From Spirochaetia bacterium (GTDB lineage: Bacteria > Spirochaetota > Spirochaetia > CADAEX01): a DNA stretch of 64,000 nucleotides. The notes below the pieces were generated by a model. The model was not told the origin of the DNA. It did no database searches and saw nothing but the letters and a program-made list of their open reading frames with translations. Made by a program: the position numbers and the translations under genes. Shown one piece after another: positions 9,221 through 19,497 of this stretch. The stretch is from NCBI GenBank assembly GCA_017642445.1, contig JAGCPA010000095.1:2177-66176 (forward strand), written 5' to 3'. The stretch's first letter is position 1, and every line of letters starts with the position of its first letter.

Positions 9221-9964
9221 ATGTCCGGTCATAGCAAATGGGCAAGTATCAAGCATAAAAAAGGTGCTGCAGACGCAAAGCGCGGTCAGATCTTTACAAA
9301 GATCATCAAGGAGATAACTGTAGCTGCCAAGATGGGCGGCGGCGACGAAGAGGGAAATGCACGTCTTAGAACTGCTATCCTTAAGGCCAAGGCAGCCAAC
9401 ATGCCTAAAGACAACATCGACAAGGCTATCAAGAAAGGAACTGGAGAGCTTGAGGGTGTTGAATATGTAGAACTTCAGTACGAAGGCTATGGTCCAGGCG
9501 GAATCGCACTTCTTATCGAAACTCTTACAGACAACAAGAACCGGACAGCTGCTGATGTTAAGAGCGTTCTTGGAAAGGGCGGCGGAAACCTGGGAACTCC
9601 GGGAAGCGTATCCCACCTGTTCAAGAGAGAGGGAATCATCTGTTTCGATGCTTCCAAATATACTGAGGATGCTATCCTTGAGGCAGCTCTTGAGGCTGGT
9701 GCAGATGATGTTGCAACCGAGGATGACGAGATTGTTGTAAAGACATCACCAGAGGATTTCATGACAGTTCTCGATGCCCTTAACAAGGCTGGATTCGAGC
9801 AGACCTCTGCCGAGATTGAGCGGAATGCCATGATGCTTAAGACTCTGGACAAAGAGAAGACAGAGAAAGTTCTTAAGCTGGTTGAGCGGCTTGAGGAGCT
9901 TGATGATGTCCAGGAAGTTTCTCATGACCTGGATGTTCCAGACGATTTCGAGCTGGACGACTGA
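9221..9964 (+). CDS. yebC: YebC/PmpR family DNA-binding transcriptional regulator
   Basis: MSGHSKWASIKHKKGAADAKRG is the conserved YebC N-terminus. AAGGAGA ribosome-binding site. 247 aa. Confidence 0.9.
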   Translation: MSGHSKWASIKHKKGAADAKRGQIFTKIIKEITVAAKMGGGDEEGNARLRTAILKAKAANMPKDNIDKAIKKGTGELEGVEYVELQYEGYGPGGIALLIETLTDNKNRTAADVKSVLGKGGGNLGTPGSVSHLFKREGIICFDASKYTEDAILEAALEAGADDVATEDDEIVVKTSPEDFMTVLDALNKAGFEQTSAEIERNAMMLKTLDKEKTEKVLKLVERLEELDDVQEVSHDLDVPDDFELDD

Positions 9965-9969
9965 ACTTC

Positions 9970-10452
9970 GTGAGAATAATCGGAATCGATCCGGGACTTG
10001 CATCCACAGGCTTTGGCATCATAGAGACTGTGGGTAATAAAATAAAATATGTTGCACATGGGGTCATCAAGACCTCGCCGGAAAAGCCGCTGGGAGAGCG
10101 GCTTTTTCACATTTATCAGGACCTGAACCAGGTGATTGATATGTATAAGCCTGACGAGGGTGGCGTAGAGGCACTTTTCTTTGCCAAGAACATAACCAGT
10201 GCCCTGCCTGTTGCCCATGCAAAGGGGGTTGTACATCTGGTGTTCGCACAGCATGGTATTCCCCTGGGAGAATATACCCCGATTGTCATAAAGCGGGCAG
10301 TGGTAGGCGAGGGGCGTGCCGAGAAAAATCAGGTGCAGGAGATGGTCAAGGTTATTCTGAACCTGGATAAGGTTCCAAGACCCGACCATGCTGCCGATGC
10401 CCTCTCTGCAGCTATCTGCCATGTGAACAACAGGAGCTTTGCCAATGTTTAA
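9970..10452 (+). CDS. ruvC: Crossover junction endodeoxyribonuclease RuvC
   Basis: GTG start. RIIGIDPGLASTGFGII and the catalytic acidic residues are present. 160 aa. Confidence 0.9.
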   Translation: MRIIGIDPGLASTGFGIIETVGNKIKYVAHGVIKTSPEKPLGERLFHIYQDLNQVIDMYKPDEGGVEALFFAKNITSALPVAHAKGVVHLVFAQHGIPLGEYTPIVIKRAVVGEGRAEKNQVQEMVKVILNLDKVPRPDHAADALSAAICHVNNRSFANV

Positions 10453-11050
10453 CAGTTTGAGCGGAACCCTTACATACAAGGGAATAGATAATATCTACCT
10501 TTTGAATTCCTGCGGCATAGAGTGGGATATCACTGTATCGGCCAAGACACTTCAGGCTCTGCCGCCAGTGGGAGATGAGTGCCAGGTCTACACCTACTAT
10601 CTGCACACCGAGAATATGGTCAAGCTCTACGGCTTTTTCTCAAAGGATGAGCGCACCTTCTTCCTGGAGCTGAACAAAGTCAACGGAATCGGGCCAAAGC
10701 AGGCCATGAAGATGCTCTCCTCCATCTCTGCAAAGCAGATGTCAGAGGCTCTGGACAAGGATGATGTGGCGCTTCTTGCAGGAATCCCAGGAGTGGGCAA
10801 GAAGACAGCCCAGAAGCTTATGCTTGCTATGCGCGGCAAGCTGGTTATGGATGAGGAGCTTGCGGCAGCCCCTGCCGGCAATCCAAAGTTTGCAGATATT
10901 GTGAATGCTCTTTCCGACATGGGCTTTGAGTATAGAAAAGCGCTCAAGGCAGTGGAGGAAGTGGCCAAGGATTCCGATATTATGAATATGAAGGACGATG
11001 AGCGCGAGAAAGAGATATTCAAACGTGCCATTGTATTGCTGAGCACATGA
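10439..11050 (+). CDS. ruvA: Holliday junction branch migration protein RuvA
   Basis: Tandem helix-hairpin-helix segments (LNKVNGIGPKQAMKML, LAGIPGVGKKTAQKLM). Overlaps ruvC. An alternative start lies at 10445. Confidence 0.9.
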   Translation: MPMFNSLSGTLTYKGIDNIYLLNSCGIEWDITVSAKTLQALPPVGDECQVYTYYLHTENMVKLYGFFSKDERTFFLELNKVNGIGPKQAMKMLSSISAKQMSEALDKDDVALLAGIPGVGKKTAQKLMLAMRGKLVMDEELAAAPAGNPKFADIVNALSDMGFEYRKALKAVEEVAKDSDIMNMKDDEREKEIFKRAIVLLST

Positions 11051-12078
11051 TAGAGACAGAGAACAACGATATTTTATCTGGCGAGATTATAGCAGAGGAC
11101 AAGAAGGATTTTGCCCTCCGTCCACAGACTCTGGATGATTTCCAGGGGCAGAAAGCCCTCAAGGATAACCTTAAGATATTCCTCAAGGCTGCAAAAGCCC
11201 GTGGAGAGAGCCTTGACCATGTATTCTTAAGTGGCCCTCCGGGACTTGGAAAGACCACACTTGCCGGCATCATAGCCCACGAGATGGGAGCTGAGTTCAA
11301 GGTCACCAGTGCACCGGCACTTGATAAGCCGAAGGATCTGGCCGGTCTTCTTACCACTATCTCTCCAAACACTGTCTTCTTTATCGATGAGATCCACCGA
11401 CTGAAGCCTGCTATAGAGGAGATGCTCTATGTGGCTATGGAAGATTTCGAGCTGGACTGGGTTATCGGACAGGGACCTTCTGCAAGGTCAATCCGCCTTC
11501 CTATTCCACCTTTCACACTGGTAGGAGCAACCACTAAGAGCGGCAATGTGTCGAGCCCTCTCTTCAGCCGTTTCGGCATAAACATCAGGATGAACCTGTA
11601 TGAGAAGGACGAGATTATATCTATCCTCACCCGTTCTGCAGCTATCCTTGACATAAAGATAGAAAAGAATGCCATGAGTGTGCTGGCCACCTGCTGCCGC
11701 GGAACCCCACGTGTGGCTAACCGGATCCTGCGCCGTATGCGTGACTTTGCCCAGATCTATGGAGATGATGTCATCACATTAGAGACTGTGAAGTTCGGCC
11801 TCGGCAAGCTTGAGATAGACGAGATGGGGCTTGAGAAGCACGACCGTGAGCTGCTCCGTGCCATAATAGAGAAATATGGCGGAGGCCCTGTAGGCGCCGA
11901 TACTCTGGCCATAACCATAGGGGAATCCACCGAGACATTAGAGGATTTCTACGAGCCATACCTGATTCAGCAGGGCTTTATACAGCGCACCCCGCGTGGA
12001 CGTGTCGCAACCCCTGCCGCCTATAAACACCTTGGACTTGAGGCTCAGCTGAATGAAGACCAGCGACTTTTCCTTTGA
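11047..12078 (+). CDS. ruvB: Holliday junction branch migration DNA helicase RuvB
   Basis: AAA+ Walker A GPPGLGKTTLA. 343 aa. 4-nt overlap with ruvA. Confidence 0.95.
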   Translation: MIETENNDILSGEIIAEDKKDFALRPQTLDDFQGQKALKDNLKIFLKAAKARGESLDHVFLSGPPGLGKTTLAGIIAHEMGAEFKVTSAPALDKPKDLAGLLTTISPNTVFFIDEIHRLKPAIEEMLYVAMEDFELDWVIGQGPSARSIRLPIPPFTLVGATTKSGNVSSPLFSRFGINIRMNLYEKDEIISILTRSAAILDIKIEKNAMSVLATCCRGTPRVANRILRRMRDFAQIYGDDVITLETVKFGLGKLEIDEMGLEKHDRELLRAIIEKYGGGPVGADTLAITIGESTETLEDFYEPYLIQQGFIQRTPRGRVATPAAYKHLGLEAQLNEDQRLFL

Positions 12079-13069
12079 TCTTCCGAATGAGCTTATAGCC
12101 CAGTATCCACCGGAGGTGCGGGGCACTTCCAGGATGATGGTTCTGGACAGGTCTGCTGGCACATTCACAGACAGACATATCAGCGACATAGTTGACTACT
12201 TCGGCCCGGACGATGTTATGGTGGTGAACAACACCAAGGTCCGAAAGGCCCGTCTTTACGGCACCAGCAGCACGGGAGGGAAGGTTGAGTTCTTTCTTCT
12301 GCATCCCATGGACACCAACCGCTGGAGCGTTATATGCAAGAAAAGCCGCAAGCAGACTGTGGGCAAGACCTATGATTTTCCAGGTGGTGTGACTGGTACA
12401 ATTGTACAGGATGACGGCGACTCAAAAGTGCTTGAATTCAGTGTCTCAATCGATGACACATATCTGGATGCCAATGCCCATGTCCCGCTGCCACCTTATA
12501 TAAAAAGGAGCGACGAGGAGGCAGACTCAGAGCGCTACCAGACTGTATATGCCAAGAACTTAGGCTCGGTGGCAGCCCCCACCGCAGGGCTCCACTTTAC
12601 CGATGCAATCCTGGATCAGATACGCAGCAGAGGAACACAGATACTTGAGGTTACGCTCCATGTGGGAGCCGGCACCTTCTTCCCTGTCCGCACCGAGAAT
12701 ATAGAAGACCACAAGATGCATACCGAATCCTATACCATACCACAGTCTGCAGCCGATGCCCTCAACCGGGCTAAGAGGGAAGGGAAAAAGGTGACTGCGG
12801 TGGGGACCACATCCATGCGCACATTGGAATCGGCCTGCAGCGGCGGCCTCATACCGGCCGGCAGCAGCTCCACCTCCATATTCATCTATCCAGGCTACCA
12901 GTTCAAGTTTGTAGACAGGCTTTTCACCAACTTCCATACCCCTGAATCGACACTCCTTATGCTGGTCTCTGCCTTTGCCGGCCGGGATCTGATTATGCGC
13001 TCCTACGAGCATGCAGTAAAGGAACGGTACCGCTTCTTCTCCTACGGCGATTGTATGATTATATTATAA
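12053..13069 (+). CDS. queA: tRNA preQ1(34) S-adenosylmethionine ribosyltransferase-isomerase QueA
   Basis: N-terminus MKTSDFSFDLPNELIAQYPPE is the canonical QueA start. Overlaps the ruvB 3' end by 26 nt. Confidence 0.88.
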   Translation: MKTSDFSFDLPNELIAQYPPEVRGTSRMMVLDRSAGTFTDRHISDIVDYFGPDDVMVVNNTKVRKARLYGTSSTGGKVEFFLLHPMDTNRWSVICKKSRKQTVGKTYDFPGGVTGTIVQDDGDSKVLEFSVSIDDTYLDANAHVPLPPYIKRSDEEADSERYQTVYAKNLGSVAAPTAGLHFTDAILDQIRSRGTQILEVTLHVGAGTFFPVRTENIEDHKMHTESYTIPQSAADALNRAKREGKKVTAVGTTSMRTLESACSGGLIPAGSSSTSIFIYPGYQFKFVDRLFTNFHTPESTLLMLVSAFAGRDLIMRSYEHAVKERYRFFSYGDCMIIL

Positions 13070-13135
13070 GTGGTATATTATAGAAAAATATCTGATTGGA
13101 AAGCTCAGTGCTGACCAGAAAGAGAGGAATCAACA

Positions 13136-14089
13136 ATGAAAAAATCAATGTGTCTCATTCTTTGCGCAGTTCTTGCTGTCTCTGCATTTGCATCGGGCAG
13201 GAGCGAGAAACAGGATCTTAAAGAGATTAATATCTCCTACGTGCGCTCTCCGTTCAACCTCCCTCTTATCATAATGAAAGAGAAGGGAATGGCAGAGAAG
13301 GCTTTCGGCGAGAAGGGAATCAAAGTAAACTACTACGAGATCACCTCCGGAGCCAAGCAGTCCGAGGCTATTGCGGCAGGAAGCCTTGATATCGCATCGG
13401 TTATCAACTCTGCATCTGTAATCCTGGCCAATGCGGCAGGCAACCCTGTTGAGATCTTCGCTGGGTTCAGCAAGCCTGAGAAGATGTTCACAATCATGAC
13501 TTCAAACCCGGATGTAAAAACTCCGGCCGACCTTAAGGGAAAGAAAGTGGCAGGACCTAAGGGAACTGTGCTCCATGAGCTCTTGGTTGCAGCCCTGAAG
13601 AAAGAGGGCCTTACCACTGCCGATATAGAGTTCATCAACATGGGTATTCCTAACGGTGTGCAGGCTATGCTCTCCGGCAAGGTGGACTGTGCCCTGGCTG
13701 CCGCAGCCTCTGTGGTTAATGCCGAGAAGAACGGCGGCCGTGTTCTGGTGACCTGCGAAGGCTATGTGAGCCCGCTCCTTATCTCTGCCTGCGGCAAAAG
13801 TTTTGCAGAGAACCATCCCGATATGCTTGAGCTTTACATTGCGACATACAAAGAGGCAAAAGAGTGGATGGAAGCCAATATGGAAGAAGCCCTTGCAATC
13901 GGAGCCAAGGTTCAGGATATCTCTATAGAGGATGCAGAAAAGCTCTTTGCCTGGAGCAATTTCACCGACCATCTTACCAATGCAGACCTTGATGCCCTTG
14001 AGTATGACGTGAACTTCATGCTTGAGAACGGTATGATTGAGAAGCGCATCGACAAGATGGACTTTGTGAATAAAATGGCCCTGAGATAA
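13136..14089 (+). CDS. ABC-type substrate-binding lipoprotein, NMT1/SsuA/TauA-like family (orphan, no permease or ATPase nearby)
   Basis: Signal peptide with lipobox LILC. Periplasmic-binding fold typical of the sulfonate/nitrate/HMP-binding family. GAGG ribosome-binding site upstream. Confidence 0.65.
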   Translation: MKKSMCLILCAVLAVSAFASGRSEKQDLKEINISYVRSPFNLPLIIMKEKGMAEKAFGEKGIKVNYYEITSGAKQSEAIAAGSLDIASVINSASVILANAAGNPVEIFAGFSKPEKMFTIMTSNPDVKTPADLKGKKVAGPKGTVLHELLVAALKKEGLTTADIEFINMGIPNGVQAMLSGKVDCALAAAASVVNAEKNGGRVLVTCEGYVSPLLISACGKSFAENHPDMLELYIATYKEAKEWMEANMEEALAIGAKVQDISIEDAEKLFAWSNFTDHLTNADLDALEYDVNFMLENGMIEKRIDKMDFVNKMALR

Positions 14090-14095
14090 AGAATA

Positions 14096-14608
14096 CTATT
14101 CCCGGCTGGCCTCTGTTGCCTTGGCAACCTCCACATAGTGCTTCGGATGGGCATGGAGGCCGGCAACCTCATCATCTGTAAGCTGCCTCACTGCCTTGGC
14201 CGGGCTTCCTATTATCATGGAGCGGGGAGGGAACACCTTGTCCTTGGTCACAAGGGCGCAGGCTCCAACTATAGATTCTTTGCCGATCACAGCACCGTCA
14301 AGTATGGTGGCACCCATCCCTATAAGACAGTTGTCCTCCACAGTGCAGCCATGGAGTATAACCCCGTGTCCTACAGTCACGTTGTCGCCCACAGTGCAGG
14401 GGGTTCCTTCCGATGTGTGCAGTATGCAAAGCTCCTGCACATTGCTCCCTTTTCCTACAGTGACAGGCTCTATATCGCCCCGGAGTACAGCGCCGTACCA
14501 GATGCTGGCATCTTCCTTTACAGTGACATCACCGGTGATAACTGCATTGTCTGCGATGAATGCAGGCTTTGTGATCTTGGGCTCTATACCATTAAATTTT
14601 GCTATCAT
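14096..14608 (-). CDS. Gamma-class carbonic anhydrase family protein (hexapeptide-repeat, YrdA/PaaY-like)
   Basis: Left-handed beta-helix hexapeptide repeats and a conserved His triad region (HGVILHGCTVEDN). Confidence 0.8.
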   Translation of the reverse strand: MIAKFNGIEPKITKPAFIADNAVITGDVTVKEDASIWYGAVLRGDIEPVTVGKGSNVQELCILHTSEGTPCTVGDNVTVGHGVILHGCTVEDNCLIGMGATILDGAVIGKESIVGACALVTKDKVFPPRSMIIGSPAKAVRQLTDDEVAGLHAHPKHYVEVAKATEASRE

Positions 14609-14686
14609 TCTATCCTCCAGGGTGAATATTTGTAATCTTTGCAGGTCTTAACATATTATTTTAAATATGATATACTAAATATTTGG

Positions 14687-15748
14687 ATGAATAGTAACAG
14701 TTTTAATAGAAAAGATAAAGCATTCTCCACACTCTTTGTCCTTATTTTCATGGTGGTGGGCATATTCTTCCTCAAGGCTACAGCTGCAGTATTTGCACCC
14801 ATAGTTTTTGCAGTGATGATAAGCTTCATGCTCTTTCCAGTGATGCAGAAGATGGAGAAGCACCATATTCCCCGTACTCTGGCTGTTATAATCATCATGT
14901 CTGTGCTGGCTGTTGTCGTGTACTTTATTGTCGTAATAGCCCAGAACAGCTTCAACCTTTTCATCAACAACTATCCACGGTATCTCCAGCAGTTCCAGGA
15001 GATCTACTACGATTTCTCAAACAAGCTCATAGAGAAGTTCGAGCTGCAGGTGCAGCCCGATATCTTCGCAGGCACCAACTGGCCGCGGATGATCCAGACT
15101 TATGTGATCAGCTTCTCAAGCTCCCTTACCAAGATGGCAGGATATACACTCCTTATCTTCATCTTCATGTTCTTCCTGTTCCTGGAATATCCATATCTGA
15201 ACGAGAAGATAAAGGATGCATTCAGCTTCAGGGAAGCCAAGAAGTTCAATATCATCAGCACCCGTATTCTTAACCTTGTAGGCCGTTACTTCTTCATCAA
15301 GCTGATCATCTCAATACTCACCGGTCTTGAGGTATGGGGTGTCCTTAAGCTTCTGGGTGTGGACTTTGCCCTTGTGTGGGGCGGCATAGCCTTTGCCCTT
15401 AACTTTGTTCCTACTGTCGGTTCGACTGCAGTTGTAATCATGATCTCTATCCAGGGCATTGTACAGTTCTATCCCGATGTCTTCCTGCCCACTATAGTAT
15501 TCCTGCTCAACCTGGGAATCCAACAGCTCATGGGTAACCTTATAGAGCCGCGTATCCAGGGAAGCAACCTCAACCTGAGCCCAGTTCTTATCCTTTTGTC
15601 ATTGGCGTTCTGGGCATGGCTGTGGGGTCCTCTCGGTGCTATTCTTGCAGTTCCTCTCACTGTGATGATGAGAGTTATGTTCAGCTATTTCGACTCCACC
15701 CGGTTCCTAAGCATTCTCATGAGCACTGGTTATTCCAAGAAAAAGTGA
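14687..15748 (+). CDS. AI-2E family transporter (PerM/YhhT-like)
   Basis: Multi-pass membrane protein with conserved AI-2E motifs. The track ORF begins at TTG 14639, but the first ATG is at 14687. Confidence 0.7.
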   Translation: MNSNSFNRKDKAFSTLFVLIFMVVGIFFLKATAAVFAPIVFAVMISFMLFPVMQKMEKHHIPRTLAVIIIMSVLAVVVYFIVVIAQNSFNLFINNYPRYLQQFQEIYYDFSNKLIEKFELQVQPDIFAGTNWPRMIQTYVISFSSSLTKMAGYTLLIFIFMFFLFLEYPYLNEKIKDAFSFREAKKFNIISTRILNLVGRYFFIKLIISILTGLEVWGVLKLLGVDFALVWGGIAFALNFVPTVGSTAVVIMISIQGIVQFYPDVFLPTIVFLLNLGIQQLMGNLIEPRIQGSNLNLSPVLILLSLAFWAWLWGPLGAILAVPLTVMMRVMFSYFDSTRFLSILMSTGYSKKK

Positions 15749-15760
15749 CGCACTCCGAAA

Positions 15761-16300
15761 GTGAAGCGTATCTGTCTTTACCTATTCTTTGCATTCTTTA
15801 AAATCTCTTTCTTTACTGTAGGGGGAGGCCCTGTCATGCTGGCTGTCATGGACCAGGAGTTCCGCTGCCGCAGGAAGCTTCTTTCCGACACCCAGATGAA
15901 CGATATCCTTGCTGTCATCTACTCAATGCCTGGAGCCATAGGGGTGAACTCTGCCCTGAACATAGGTTATAAGCTGGGCGGCAAGAAAGGGGCAGCCTGT
16001 GCGCTTGTTGGGGTGCTTGTCCCTCCTGTTGCAATCATCCTGTTTATCACAACTTTTGTGGAGATGCTGAAGAGCTCGCCCCTTACCGGCTATGCCTTCA
16101 TAAGCATCCGGGCCGCTGTGACAGTGTTCATAATCTGTACTGTAGGCAACATGATGAAAAAAACATTCCGCTCCTGGAAGGATATTGTCATCGGTCTCTT
16201 TGCCTTCCTGGCTGTGGAGTTCATAAATCTACCGGCTGTCTATGTGGTTGCTGCATGCGGCCTTCTGGGAATGCTTATGTACCAGGGGGATGAACAGTGA
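15761..16300 (+). CDS. Chromate transporter family protein, short-chain half (1 of 2)
   Basis: FFTVGGGPVMLAVM matches the CHR family GGG motif. Half-size at 179 aa. Confidence 0.75.
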   Translation: MKRICLYLFFAFFKISFFTVGGGPVMLAVMDQEFRCRRKLLSDTQMNDILAVIYSMPGAIGVNSALNIGYKLGGKKGAACALVGVLVPPVAIILFITTFVEMLKSSPLTGYAFISIRAAVTVFIICTVGNMMKKTFRSWKDIVIGLFAFLAVEFINLPAVYVVAACGLLGMLMYQGDEQ

Positions 16301-16911
16301 TCTACTTTATGCTTTACCTGGTGTTTGCAAAGATTGCATTCTTCGCCTTCGGCGGCGGTTATGCAAACCTCCCTATAATCCAGTCGGAGCTTTTAAGCCG
16401 CGGCTGGTGCACAGTGGAGCAGTTTGCCGATATTGTTGCCATAGCCCAGATGACTCCTGGCCCGGTAGTCATCAATACTGCAACCTATGTGGGGAAGACT
16501 CTGGCAGGCACTCTGGGTGGAATAATCGCAACCTTGGGATTTATCACCCCGGCCATACTTATAACTGTGGCAATCTACTTTCTGGCCGAGATGTTCTCCT
16601 CTGTCTCTTTCATCCGGCATGGAATACGTGGAATCAGGGCCGGAGTGGCAGGGCTTATCCTGTGTGCTGTCATCTTTTTCATCGAGAACTCTGTCCTTAA
16701 CCATGGGCTTCAGCTGAACCGCCTTATCTATGATTTTGCCGGCACAGCAGAGGGATGGAAAAGCATCAGGCTGGTGATCCCTGCTGTCATCATTGTGCTG
16801 ATCAATATAATTTTTGTTAAAAAAACTCATCTCACTATCTACCTATGTATTATTATTTCTGTTATTATAGGAACGCCGTTGATGTATTATTGGAGGTTTA
16901 TATTTGGATAA
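16297..16911 (+). CDS. Chromate transporter family protein, short-chain half (2 of 2)
   Basis: FFAFGGGYANLPIIQ is the second CHR half. 4-nt overlap with the first half. Confidence 0.75.
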   Translation: MIYFMLYLVFAKIAFFAFGGGYANLPIIQSELLSRGWCTVEQFADIVAIAQMTPGPVVINTATYVGKTLAGTLGGIIATLGFITPAILITVAIYFLAEMFSSVSFIRHGIRGIRAGVAGLILCAVIFFIENSVLNHGLQLNRLIYDFAGTAEGWKSIRLVIPAVIIVLINIIFVKKTHLTIYLCIIISVIIGTPLMYYWRFIFG

Positions 16912-18193
16912 ATTAGCTGTCGAATTGAATGCGGTTATAGAGAACAAACCCGTATACCGGCTCTTGTCTGACTTGGGAAGAAGAATGTATTTCCCGAAGG
17001 GAATCATCTCCCAGTCTGCAGAGGCAAAGAAAGATGCATATAAATACAATGCGACGATAGGAATGGCTATGGAGGATGGACAGACTATGTTTATCCCATC
17101 CATGCGCAAGCTGGTCAATGGCCTCTCTGCCTCCGAGATGTTTGCCTATGCACCTACAGCAGGACTTCCAGAACTCCGGCAGATCTGGCTTATGGAGATG
17201 ATCCGCAAGAATCCTTCGCTGGTCAAGAAAAATGTCTCCATCCCTATAATCACATCCGGCCTCACACATGGTCTATCCATTGTCTCAGACCTCTTCGTAG
17301 GTGAGAATGATGATGTCATCATCCCAGACATGTTCTGGGGAAACTATAAGCTTATCTTCAATGTGCTCCATAAGGCAAAAGTGGATACATTCGCCCTCTT
17401 TGACGAGAACTACCGCTTCAATGCCAATGCCATGGAAGAGACAATAAAGAAGATGGGGGAGAAGGTAGTCATACTTCTCAACTTCCCGAACAACCCGACC
17501 GGTTATTCTCCATCCACCGCAGAACAGCAGCAGATTGTCCAGGCTCTGGTGCGCCAGGCCGATGCAGGCAAGGATATGCTTGTGATCTGCGATGACTCCT
17601 ATTTCGGGCTGTTCTTCGAGAATGATATAGAGCATCAGTCCATATTTGCATCGCTGTGTGATGCCCACGACAACATAACAGCAGTCAAGATTGACGGTGC
17701 CACCAAGGAGGAGCTGGTATGGGGCTTCCGTACAGGATTCATCACATTCGGCGGCAAAGCTCTTGATGATGCTGCCATCTCCGTGCTTGAGAAGAAGATC
17801 ATGGGCTCTATACGCTCAACAGTCTCCACCTGTTCCACAATCTCACAGAACATTATCCTCAAGGGAATGAGGAGCATCACATACCATCAGGAGAAGGCAG
17901 CTGTGGTTGCCAAGATGAAGGGGCGCTATATGCAGGTGCGCAGGGCAGTCGATTCTATGTCTGCCGATGTTCCTCTGGTTGCTCTTCCATTCAACTCCGG
18001 CTATTTCATGACATTCGTGGTCAAGAAAATAGGGGCCGAGAACCTGCGCAGATATCTTCTTGAACACTATGGAATCGGCACTATCTCCATAGGAGAGAAA
18101 TACCTTCGGGTAGCATTCTCATCTGTGGATATAAACAATATTCATGACCTTTTTGGAACTATCTTCAAGGCAGCCAAAGAGCTGAACAGGTGA
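16904..18193 (+). CDS. Pyridoxal-phosphate-dependent aminotransferase, class I/II
   Basis: NFPNNPTGY motif and the Lys-containing fold of class I aminotransferases. 429 aa. Substrate not assignable. Confidence 0.75.
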   Translation: MDKLAVELNAVIENKPVYRLLSDLGRRMYFPKGIISQSAEAKKDAYKYNATIGMAMEDGQTMFIPSMRKLVNGLSASEMFAYAPTAGLPELRQIWLMEMIRKNPSLVKKNVSIPIITSGLTHGLSIVSDLFVGENDDVIIPDMFWGNYKLIFNVLHKAKVDTFALFDENYRFNANAMEETIKKMGEKVVILLNFPNNPTGYSPSTAEQQQIVQALVRQADAGKDMLVICDDSYFGLFFENDIEHQSIFASLCDAHDNITAVKIDGATKEELVWGFRTGFITFGGKALDDAAISVLEKKIMGSIRSTVSTCSTISQNIILKGMRSITYHQEKAAVVAKMKGRYMQVRRAVDSMSADVPLVALPFNSGYFMTFVVKKIGAENLRRYLLEHYGIGTISIGEKYLRVAFSSVDINNIHDLFGTIFKAAKELNR

Positions 18194-19497
18194 GCAGAAT
18201 GGATCTTAAGGAAAAATCGTTGAAATATCACAGCTTCCCGGTTGCGGGAAAGATTGAGGTCATACCCTCAAAACCATGCAGAACTCAGGATGACCTTTCC
18301 TGTGCCTATACCCCTGGAGTTGCTTTTCCCTGTCTTGAGATCAAATCAGATCAGAGCCTGGTCTCCACCTACACCAGAAGAAAGAACCTGGTCGGTGTTA
18401 TAACAAATGGTACCGCAGTCCTTGGACTGGGCAATATCGGCCCCTATGCCGGAAAGCCGGTTATGGAGGGGAAGGGAGTGCTCTTCAAAAGGTTCGCAGA
18501 TGTGGATGTCTTTGACCTTGAGCTGGACTGCAGCGACCCCAAGGCTTTCATAGATGCAGTCAAACTACTGGGCCCTACCTTCGGAGGGATAAACCTTGAG
18601 GATATCAAGGCTCCCGAGTGCTTCGAGATAGAGGACAGCCTCAAAGAGGCAATGGATATCCCTGTGTTCCACGACGACCAGCACGGTACTGCCATCATAA
18701 CAGGTGCGGCCCTGCTTAATGCCCTGGAGATCATCGGAAAGAAGATTGATCAGGTCAAGGTTGTTATTAACGGAGCAGGAGCTGCCGGCATTGCCTGTGG
18801 CAAATTCTACATAGCCCTGGGTGTCAGGAAAGAGAACATAACCATGTGCGACACCAAGGGAATCATCTATAAAGGCCGCACTGCCGGCATGAACAAGTAT
18901 AAGGAGTTCTTTGCATCCGGCAGCGAGGCTGGCACTCTGGCCGACGCCCTTAAGGGAGCCGACGTGTTCCTGGGCCTTTCCGGCAAGGGGCTGGTTACTG
19001 GAGAAATGCTCAAGACCATGAATGCAGATCCGATCGTGTTTGCCCTTGCCAACCCGGATCCAGAGATAACTTATCCCGAGGCAACTGCTGCCAGGGCCGA
19101 TGTTATAATGGCTACAGGCCGCTCCGACTATCCTAACCAGGTCAACAATGTCATGGGCTTCCCGTTCATCTTCCGTGGTGCTCTGGATGTGGAGGCATCT
19201 GCTATAAACGAAGAGATGAAAGTTGCGGCTTCCCACGCCCTTGCCGGACTTGCAAAGCTTCCGGTGCCGGAAGAGGTGCTTAAAGCCTATGGAGTCAAGG
19301 CTCTGGAGTTCGGGCGTGACTATATTATTCCAAAGCCATTCGATCCGCGGGCTTTTGTGCAGGTTTCCGCAGCAGTTGCCGAGGCAGCTGTGAAAAGCGG
19401 TGTGGCCAGAGCTCCATATGCCTCCAAAGAGGCCTACATCAAGGAGCTTGAGGAGAGAATGGCCACCTCCATCAACCGTTTCAAGGAGTCAAAATGA
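18190..19497 (+). CDS. NAD(P)-dependent malic enzyme (short form)
   Basis: Malic-enzyme dinucleotide-binding motifs ([27 protein letters not shown]). 435 aa. Confidence 0.85.
   Translation: MSRMDLKEKSLKYHSFPVAGKIEVIPSKPCRTQDDLSCAYTPGVAFPCLEIKSDQSLVSTYTRRKNLVGVITNGTAVLGLGNIGPYAGKPVMEGKGVLFKRFADVDVFDLELDCSDPKAFIDAVKLLGPTFGGINLEDIKAPECFEIEDSLKEAMDIPVFHDDQHGTAIITGAALLNALEIIGKKIDQVKVVINGAGAAGIACGKFYIALGVRKENITMCDTKGIIYKGRTAGMNKYKEFFASGSEAGTLADALKGADVFLGLSGKGLVTGEMLKTMNADPIVFALANPDPEITYPEATAARADVIMATGRSDYPNQVNNVMGFPFIFRGALDVEASAINEEMKVAASHALAGLAKLPVPEEVLKAYGVKALEFGRDYIIPKPFDPRAFVQVSAAVAEAAVKSGVARAPYASKEAYIKELEERMATSINRFKESK

Noticed and set aside
13070-13135. Possible TPP riboswitch upstream of the NMT1/ThiY-like binding protein
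   Set aside because: The leader is only 66 nt and lacks the CUGAGA / ACCUGAUCUGGAUAAUGCCAGCG core. A ctcagtgctgacc string is superficially similar but insufficient.
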